Shown here: positions 7,204 through 13,805 of the stretch, one piece after another | Numbering within the stretch: position 1 is the first letter of the stretch | Layout of the letters: each line of letters begins with the position of its first letter | NCBI GenBank assembly: GCA_046758445.1 | Contig: JBHIAE010000068.1 | Coordinates: 1-13,805 of the forward strand | Length of the DNA stretch: 13,805 nucleotides | Reading direction: 5' to 3' | Origin: Candidatus Thorarchaeota archaeon | GTDB lineage: Archaea; Asgardarchaeota; Thorarchaeia; Thorarchaeales; Thorarchaeaceae | Made by a program: the position numbers and the translations under genes | The notes under the pieces: generated by a model | What the model was told of the DNA's origin: nothing | Databases searched by the model: none | What the model saw: the letters and a program-made list of their open reading frames with translations, nothing else

Positions 7204-8484
7204 ATGACTAACAGGCAGAAGCTTAAGATAGAAACGAAACGGCTCAATGAGATCAATGACTTCCTTCTCCGAGAAGACAATCCACTAGTCACCGGCATCA
7301 TTGAGGTGATTGAGAAATATGGGGGCGTCGATGAGATCAACAGTGAGGCTAGCGAAGCCCGAAAGCTTGAGAACCTTATGGCAATGCTGGAGAAGAAGAA
7401 CTCGTCATACGTGGCCGACCTGCAATGGTTGCAGGAGCAGCGTGACAACGATGCTTTCGTCAGCATTCCCGAGTACCGCCGCAAGGTCTTAGGAGAGAAA
7501 GCTGACAGCATGGACTTTGATGAGAGCTTCGCAGTCACGCTGGAGATCAGTGCGTGTCAGTACTTCCCTTGGGTGATTGAGGAGGCCAAACAATCAATCA
7601 CAAATCAGGAGCTAATGCCTAGGCGTTTCATAAGAGTACGAAACATGCAGGAACAGAGTAATGACGATGACGTCATTGCATTTGCAGCAGCTATGCAAAT
7701 AGTGGACTCGTCCTATGTCGAAACCCTTGATACAAAGGGAACCTTTCCAGGACCCGATGGTGCACCGGCTAACATCCACCTTGGGGGTCCAGATACAATC
7801 ACTGGATACTTTGGCGGAGTCGGCATGCCAAACGACTTCGCATTGAAATGGGCAGATGAATACCTACACTACTTCACAAAGTATGGGGTCAAGCAGGTCC
7901 TTAACATCAATCCGGGTAGTGTGCTCGTAGGCTACATGATGCACAAGTTGGGCATTGACATGGAGTTCAAGATCAGCGTCTTCATGGGTAACGACAATCC
8001 CTATGCATGTCTGTGGACTCTAATGACTGCGAAGATGTTCAGCAGAGAGGACGGCACTTCTCCTCTTATTGGGTTCAACCTTTCCAACAGTGTAAACAAC
8101 GAAACCATAGAGCTTGCTGCATATGCCAGGGAGAACTTTGGCTTCGAAGATGTAGTCAGGATTGAACACCACATCACTGAAACCTACAAGAGCATCGTCC
8201 GCCAGCCCTATGATCGTCTAGATGAACTAGTCGAGCTTGCTGACCACGTCAAGAACATCAGTGCCAAACATGAAGGTGGACCTCCGGACATAGATGGGAA
8301 ACGTGAACATCCTAGCGACATTCTAGATTACTTCAGACAGAAGTCCGAGGTCATCGAAGCAGGCGACATGCCCCATCTATTGAGAAACTATCTCGACAAG
8401 CATGACGCAGTGAATAGGACTGCTCGAGCACTGACAGAAAATGGCTTCTCCTTCATAGCAGCACAGAAACTACACAAGTTGTAG
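7204..8484 (+). CDS. Hypothetical protein (426 aa, soluble, enzyme-like composition)
   Basis: Long ORF with natural amino-acid composition and a GGGTG RBS upstream. I recognise no family motif with confidence. Confidence 0.8.
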   Translation: MTNRQKLKIETKRLNEINDFLLREDNPLVTGIIEVIEKYGGVDEINSEASEARKLENLMAMLEKKNSSYVADLQWLQEQRDNDAFVSIPEYRRKVLGEKADSMDFDESFAVTLEISACQYFPWVIEEAKQSITNQELMPRRFIRVRNMQEQSNDDDVIAFAAAMQIVDSSYVETLDTKGTFPGPDGAPANIHLGGPDTITGYFGGVGMPNDFALKWADEYLHYFTKYGVKQVLNINPGSVLVGYMMHKLGIDMEFKISVFMGNDNPYACLWTLMTAKMFSREDGTSPLIGFNLSNSVNNETIELAAYARENFGFEDVVRIEHHITETYKSIVRQPYDRLDELVELADHVKNISAKHEGGPPDIDGKREHPSDILDYFRQKSEVIEAGDMPHLLRNYLDKHDAVNRTARALTENGFSFIAAQKLHKL

Positions 8485-8530
8485 GGAACACCTCTAATGG
8501 AGCAAATGAGGTCTAAGGGAAAACCCCTTC

Positions 8531-9001
8531 CTACATCCAAGGCCGAATCTGTTCATCGTATATGCTTTCTAGGCGGTCCTTGTGGCTCTGTTCTTCCTTG
8601 GCAAGGGTTTCAAACACAATTCGGTGGTCTGCGCTTGTAGTTAGTTCTGAGAGGGAAGTATAGAAGTCACGGGCTTCCTCCTCACGCTTTATCGCCACTA
8701 TCAGAATGTCCTGAGAGCTTGAGCCTGGCTCGAGCGGAACGTCGATGAGATACCGAGAGAGATCATGACCCTCAAACTCTTCAATGGTAGCACAAGTGAA
8801 GGTTTCACACACACCCTCTCCGATGGCACTTTCAAGTTTCTTCTTATGTCCAGCTTCCTGCTGCGCTAGTTCCTTTAGCAGTTGTGCGGATGAAGGCAGC
8901 TCCGCATGCTCGGCCGCTTGCATATAGAAATCGTATGCCTCTTCTTCCTTCTGGATTGCAATTGAAATCAGTCTCTCGAAAGAGTCTTGGACACTGGTCA
9001 C
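8531..9001 (-). CDS. Ferritin-like / rubrerythrin-family di-iron protein without a rubredoxin domain
   Basis: Two repeats of AIxxEEEAxDFY...LAxxExxH (EAGH and EQSH). GTG start after GGGGA. Confidence 0.88.
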   Translation of the reverse strand: MTSVQDSFERLISIAIQKEEEAYDFYMQAAEHAELPSSAQLLKELAQQEAGHKKKLESAIGEGVCETFTCATIEEFEGHDLSRYLIDVPLEPGSSSQDILIVAIKREEEARDFYTSLSELTTSADHRIVFETLAKEEQSHKDRLESIYDEQIRPWM

Positions 9002-9136
9002 TGGCTATCCCCAAGCTGGGTGTTATGTGCGCTCGTTTTAAGCATGATGATTGTACCGAGTCAAATGACTCTAGGCGTAAGACAGAAGTGGTAGCGTTCC
9101 CATGTAGCACTGACTTCCGAATGAGGTGAAGCGAAA

Positions 9137-9568
9137 TTGCGACTATGGAGCAACGACTTCGCGGAAGGGCAGCCGATACCTGATCAGTGTGCTTACGGAA
9201 ATGAGAATGTCAGTCCACACCTAGCTTGGGATGATGTTCCAGATGGAACTCTGAGCTTTGCCCTGACCTGCAATGATCCTGATGCCCCTAGGAAGGACTG
9301 GATTCACTGGCTTGTTCACGGGATTCCATCCGAAGTCCGAGAGATAGCATCAGGTGCGCCCGTTCCAGGCACAGAGGTGGAGAATGACTTTGGGAAGCCT
9401 GGGTGGGGTGGACCCGCACCCCCCTCGGGAACGCATCGATATTTCTTCACACTGTACGCTCTCAGTGTTCCCACTCTTGAAGGTGCAAAGAAGAAGAACT
9501 TCAAGAAACTGTGTGAGAAGTACATGATTGATTCAGCCCAGACCATGGGCGTCTATTCGAAGAAATAA
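9137..9568 (+). CDS. YbhB/YbcL family PEBP (Raf kinase inhibitor-like) protein
   Basis: NVSPHLAW, DPDAP..DWIHW, NDFG..GWGGPAPPSGTHRYFFTLYAL. TTG start after GAGGTGA. Confidence 0.93.
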   Translation: MRLWSNDFAEGQPIPDQCAYGNENVSPHLAWDDVPDGTLSFALTCNDPDAPRKDWIHWLVHGIPSEVREIASGAPVPGTEVENDFGKPGWGGPAPPSGTHRYFFTLYALSVPTLEGAKKKNFKKLCEKYMIDSAQTMGVYSKK

Positions 9569-9616
9569 AATCAGCCCTTCCCAAAAGCCTCCGAGCTATG
9601 GAGGTTCTGCCCAAAT

Positions 9617-10912
9617 TCACTTCTTACGGGGAAGAATCACTCTCATGTCTGATGGGAGATACTTGTGTAATGCCTTCGGAATAACGACACTACCGTCTTC
9701 CTTCTGGCAGGTTTCCAAGATTGCCACCAGGTTCCGAGGGTTAGCCATCATTGTACTATTGAGTGTATGGAGGTAGTCCTTTTCAGTACCTCCCTTCTTG
9801 ATTCTGTACTTGATATTCAGACCTGTGGCCTGATAGGCAGTGCAGTTGCTACAGGAGCCTCCCTCCCGATACTTGTTCTGCCCAGGCATCCAAAACTCAA
9901 GGTCGTACCGCTTGGCGGCCACTGTTCCCATGTCTCCCGTGCACACATTGACTATCCGGTACGGTAGTTTTAGGGCCTGCACGAACTCCTCCTCGTTCTG
10001 GATCAGCTCCTCAAGACTGTTCCACGAATCATCAGGATGACTGAAGACGAACTGTTCTACCTTGCTGAACTGGTGAACCCTAAAGATGCCCTTTGTGTCC
10101 TTTCCATGGGTGCCGGCCTCTTTCCGAAAACACGCACTCACACCTGCGAACTTGATGGGCAGGTCGCCAGGTTCAAAGACCTCTCCCATATACATTGCCG
10201 CAATTGGATGTTCAGATGTCGCAATCAAGTAGAGGTCCTCTTCCTCTATCTTATACATCACATCTTGAAAGTCAGCGAGGTCTGTGACACCTTCATAGGG
10301 CGCCCGCCTCATCATGAATGGGGGATAGATGGGCGTGTACCCTTTGGCCAACAACATGTCTAGGGCCATTCGCTGCATGGCGAGATCCAGAAGCACCAAC
10401 TCATTCTTGAGATAGTAGAATCTAGAACCTGCGATTTTCGCTGCTCGAGGGATGTCAGCTACATCGAGACTTTCAAGAAGGTCAACATGACTCTGTATTT
10501 GAAAGCCAAACTGTGGTTTTCCTCCCCACTCTCTCACTGTCTGGTTGTCTTCTTCGCTCTCTCCGTAAGGTACACTCTCATGAAGGATGTTCGGGATACT
10601 CATCTGGATCAGTCTGAGCTCTTCCTCAAGTTTTCCAGTTTCATCCTCTGTCAACTTGATCTCCCGGTTCACTCGGTTGGCTTCCTTTGTTAGAGCTGCA
10701 GTATCCTTGCTGGCCTTCTTCAGCTTCCCAATCTCTCTTGAAACCCGATTCCTGTCTGTTCTTAATTCCTGTATCTTCCGCTTTAGTTCTCTGACCTTGG
10801 AGTCCAGTGAGAGGAGCTTGTCAAACGCCTTCAACTTGGCGTCATCTCTACGCTTCCTTAGGTCGTTTCGAATCAGCTCCGGATTCTCACGAATGAACTT
10901 GATGTGCAACAT
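9617..10912 (-). CDS. serS: Serine--tRNA ligase
   Basis: N-terminal coiled-coil arm, LIATSEHP, motif 2 FRKEAGTHGKDTKGIFRVHQFSKVEQF, YDLEFWMP, SCSNC, HTLNST. ATG at 10912 (MLHIKFIRENPE) follows GGTGA and fits better than 10954. Confidence 0.97.
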   Translation of the reverse strand: MLHIKFIRENPELIRNDLRKRRDDAKLKAFDKLLSLDSKVRELKRKIQELRTDRNRVSREIGKLKKASKDTAALTKEANRVNREIKLTEDETGKLEEELRLIQMSIPNILHESVPYGESEEDNQTVREWGGKPQFGFQIQSHVDLLESLDVADIPRAAKIAGSRFYYLKNELVLLDLAMQRMALDMLLAKGYTPIYPPFMMRRAPYEGVTDLADFQDVMYKIEEEDLYLIATSEHPIAAMYMGEVFEPGDLPIKFAGVSACFRKEAGTHGKDTKGIFRVHQFSKVEQFVFSHPDDSWNSLEELIQNEEEFVQALKLPYRIVNVCTGDMGTVAAKRYDLEFWMPGQNKYREGGSCSNCTAYQATGLNIKYRIKKGGTEKDYLHTLNSTMMANPRNLVAILETCQKEDGSVVIPKALHKYLPSDMRVILPRKK

Positions 10913-10993
10913 GGGAGTTTCACCTGCTTGTGAGCAGATGTTCACAGGAACCACTATGGCTGCTTTTTAGACTCTTCGTTATACTTGAAACAG

Positions 10994-11632
10994 TCACAAC
11001 TCGGCTGATGGACACAGCTGGTTGATTGCACAGTTCCGACACCGGGGCTCTCTTGCGATGCATGTTCGTCTGCCATGGGCGCCAATGAGTCGTACATATT
11101 CATACCATCGCTCACGGGGAAGCAACTTCATCAAGTCCTTCTCGGTCTTATCCCGATTCTTCTCTTCCTTCGTGAACTCCAATCTCTTTGTGACTCTCAT
11201 GACATGCGTGTCTACCACGACACCTTCATTGATACCAAACATGACCGACAGGACCACATTCGCCGTCTTTCTGCTGACTCCGGGAAGCTCAATCAGTTCT
11301 CTGAGAGTCTTGGGAACCTGACCAGAGAATCGTTCTACAATCATCAATGCAGTGTCATGAACATAGACCGCCTTTCGGTTGTATGTGCCACAAGGGCGAA
11401 TTATCTCAATCAGCGCTTTGATTTCCGCCCTCATCATCGATTCTGGGTCTGGGTACCTCCTGAAGAGCTCAGGGGTTATCCTATTCACGCATGCATCAGC
11501 AGTATGGGCTGACAGGATAGTTGCAATTAACATCTCAAAGGGATCTCGATGGTTAAGATAAGTGGCAGGAGCATCAGGGTAGGCGATACCAAGGAGTCTA
11601 ACTACTTCTTGGATTCTCTTCTTCACCTGCAC
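10994..11632 (-). CDS. nth: Endonuclease III (HhH-GPD DNA glycosylase/AP lyase with 4Fe-4S cluster)
   Basis: PFEMLIATILSA, HhH LIELPGVSRKTANVVL, VDTHV, C-x6-C-x2-C-x5-C at the C-terminus. GTG start after GAGGAGG. Confidence 0.95.
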   Translation of the reverse strand: MQVKKRIQEVVRLLGIAYPDAPATYLNHRDPFEMLIATILSAHTADACVNRITPELFRRYPDPESMMRAEIKALIEIIRPCGTYNRKAVYVHDTALMIVERFSGQVPKTLRELIELPGVSRKTANVVLSVMFGINEGVVVDTHVMRVTKRLEFTKEEKNRDKTEKDLMKLLPRERWYEYVRLIGAHGRRTCIAREPRCRNCAINQLCPSAEL

Positions 11633-11764
11633 TAATTATCCTCCTCGTTGAGCAGTGTGAGTCTAGTTGACGACATCCGCATTCAGGAATGCATCATCCT
11701 ATGTATATAGGTGGTCCTACAAGAACAAATCATTGAGAGTCTTGACTCCCAGAATCCTTATGGT

Positions 11765-13210
11765 TCAGAGTTTTCTCTGGGTTCTGAAGTCTTCAATCTC
11801 CCGCCTCAGCTTCTGAATCCTTGATTCCAGTGCATCTATTCTTCCGGTCAAGGTATCTGGGTTTTCGCGTTCGAAACGGTATCTTGCGATTCCCAGGAGA
11901 ATCAGTAGGTTGGTAACCATAACCACCGCGAACATAGTCGATGGGTTCATGAACTGGTAGATCAGCCCTCCAAAGAACGGTCCGATCGAGGAGACAATGT
12001 AGACAATCGTCCAGAAGACCCCTAGTACCTTGGCTGTGTCGGTACGAGGCATGCTCTTCTGAATCAAAGTAATCAGAACCAGGGCCCAAAGGCTATCATT
12101 GATGAGTTTGGCAACGATCGCCAAGAATGGCGTGGTAAAGACAACTCCCAATCCATCAATCAGCGAGTCTGCCGCAACGATGACAGACTGAGGAGCCCAG
12201 ATAGGAAAGGCTGGCGCCACAATGAGCAATCCTGCGCAGATCGGCATGACTGAGTATACAAGAAGAGTTGCTCTCTTGATTCCCCTTGTATCCGAAAGGC
12301 GACCTACCTTGAGCAAGAGTGGAAGAGACACAATGAGTGGGATTAGCACCATTATGTTGATGCCGCCGACGTCAATCCTCAGAATCTCATTCGTGTAGAT
12401 CAGAGCACCATATCGCCAGATAGAATCACTAATTCCATCCAACACTACGATTGCCAGAACACCTGGCATGAACGAGAGTATCAGTTTCACCGCTTGCTTG
12501 TTCTCAGAAATGAAGTCACGCCAGAGTGGTTTGTCCTTTGCTCTCCCTTTCTGAGGACTTGGACTGAGAAGGGCGGCTCTTGCCACCGTGCTAGCAAGCA
12601 GTAGCAGTCCAGAGATTAGGTACAAGAGTCGTAGACCTTCTGGAAAGCCTACCACGGGCATCATCAATCCAAAAGCTGTCAGAGTCAAGATTCCCCACGA
12701 CCTACCAGACTGAAAGAGCGACAGTGCTAGACCACTATGTTCCTTTGGAATGTTCTCCATGATGTATGCTGTTGAACCTCCTTTTGCTAGGTCCATCGAG
12801 GCATAGATTATGAGTGCGCCGAGAATGAATATGAAGTCTGTAAATATCCCAAGAATCAGGTGATTGGTCGCCAACATGAACATGGCCACGACAGAGAGCT
12901 TCTTTCTGTCCGTAACATCTCCAATATACCCTCCCACAAACCTGGCGATTGCACTGATTGCCAGTATAACACTCACTACGACTCCGATTAGAACAAAGTC
13001 CCATCCCAACTTTCTGAGATAGAGATTGAAGAATTCGTAGATTACAGTGAAACCGCTGTAGACCCACACAGTGAACAAATAAACAGAGTAGTTCCGCCAA
13101 GAGAAGACTACTCTTAGAGATTGCCGGACGCTCTTACTCTCTTTCGATTCTTGAGCCCTTGTTTCGGTTTCTTCACTTGCTCCGGACTCTCTTGGGGGGC
13201 TTTCTTCCAA
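11765..13210 (-). CDS. MFS transporter
   Basis: About 12 hydrophobic segments and MFS motif A-like GGYIGDVTDRKK and GRLSDTRGIKR. TTG start after GGGGTGG. Confidence 0.88.
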   Translation of the reverse strand: MEESPPRESGASEETETRAQESKESKSVRQSLRVVFSWRNYSVYLFTVWVYSGFTVIYEFFNLYLRKLGWDFVLIGVVVSVILAISAIARFVGGYIGDVTDRKKLSVVAMFMLATNHLILGIFTDFIFILGALIIYASMDLAKGGSTAYIMENIPKEHSGLALSLFQSGRSWGILTLTAFGLMMPVVGFPEGLRLLYLISGLLLLASTVARAALLSPSPQKGRAKDKPLWRDFISENKQAVKLILSFMPGVLAIVVLDGISDSIWRYGALIYTNEILRIDVGGINIMVLIPLIVSLPLLLKVGRLSDTRGIKRATLLVYSVMPICAGLLIVAPAFPIWAPQSVIVAADSLIDGLGVVFTTPFLAIVAKLINDSLWALVLITLIQKSMPRTDTAKVLGVFWTIVYIVSSIGPFFGGLIYQFMNPSTMFAVVMVTNLLILLGIARYRFERENPDTLTGRIDALESRIQKLRREIEDFRTQRKL

Positions 13211-13540
13211 AGTTGTTTCGCCACCCCTATATCAAAACTAGAAGTATTATTCTCCCCCGATTTCAGGACCTCGGCCTGACAGCTCCCTGGCCTTGTTCAT
13301 GCATCTGACTTCCACCCGTCCACTACTCAACGGCCTAGAGTCCACATGCTCTTCCAAACCGGAACCTCTACGGGAACTGAACACCACGAGGTCTTCCTCC
13401 AGTGTGAAGGCTTTGGAGTGAGCCTATGTATTGTCTAGTGCCCTCTTAAGCCATCAGACTCGTTGTTCCCATCTGGGACTCTTGGGAAACCTAAGTGTTC
13501 CCCAAATAGGTAAGCTAGACCACTTGGCTCTGACTCAGCC

Positions 13541-13789
13541 TCACTCGAACACAAGCACTCTTACGTCGCCACTTCTCGTTGGCATAGCGACAAGTCTGCA
13601 GGTGCCGATGTCCGCACAGAGTGTTAGACATTCAGGTGGAGTGTTTGATTCAATCAAGTTCCTAACTGCGAGTTCCAAGTTGACTGCAACGAGTCTGACG
13701 AGTTGCGAGTCCACGAATGGATCGACTTCTCGTCCCTCTTCTGAATTCACGACATCTATGAAAGCTGTCGCAGCTTTTTCGCTTATCAT
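13541..13789 (-). CDS. Small hypothetical protein (82 aa)
   Basis: GGAGG RBS upstream of ATG, protein-like composition and same strand as its neighbours. No recognised motif. Confidence 0.6.
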   Translation of the reverse strand: MISEKAATAFIDVVNSEEGREVDPFVDSQLVRLVAVNLELAVRNLIESNTPPECLTLCADIGTCRLVAMPTRSGDVRVLVFE

Positions 13790-13805
13790 TCACGTTTTCC
13801 TCCGT

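Noticed and set aside
8515-8529. AAGGG-AAAAC-CCCTT hairpin between convergent genes as a terminator
   Set aside because: Only a 5-bp stem with no U-tract, too weak to call.
4422-11632. Oxidative-stress island (sor, ferritin-like protein, nth)
   Set aside because: The genes are separated by unrelated, differently oriented genes, and I found no shared regulatory motif.
11679-11748. Short inverted repeats (GCATTCAGGAATGC, CCTATGTATATAGG, GAGTCTTGACTC) upstream of nth; the second resembles the 6421 palindrome
   Set aside because: Half-site spacing differs from the 6421 palindrome and the core is most simply a TATA box. Repeats this short are expected by chance.
708-13100. Numerous short ORF-track entries overlapping tkt, ThrC-PadR, serS, nth, MFS and others
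   Set aside because: They are antisense or out-of-frame shadows of well-supported genes, with no motifs.

Overview
A gene-dense window that looks archaeal: Bat-type HTH_10 regulator, GGTGA/GGAGG ribosome-binding sites, TATA-like promoter elements and many GTG/TTG starts. An anaerobic, possibly Asgard/Thorarchaeota-like, host is my inference only. It carries mostly housekeeping and stress genes: EamA transporter (partial), HTH regulator, two GNATs, transketolase, superoxide reductase, ThrC-PadR fusion, ECF S component, conserved hypothetical, ferritin-like protein, YbhB/YbcL, serS, nth, MFS transporter and a small hypothetical. Two results stand out. (1) The superoxide reductase gene (4422-4832, minus strand) is interrupted by a 30-nt stop-containing insert (4651-4680) whose junctions fold into a bulge-helix-bulge (BHB) motif. 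Cutting at the canonical tRNA-splicing-endonuclease positions restores an intact 126-aa enzyme, so this looks like a BHB intron in an mRNA other than cbf5. (2) A threonine-synthase-like protein lacks its PLP Schiff-base lysine and is fused to a PadR winged helix. It is divergent from an ECF vitamin-transporter S component, with a perfect palindrome between them, which suggests a pseudoenzyme-based (possibly vitamin B6-sensing) regulator.
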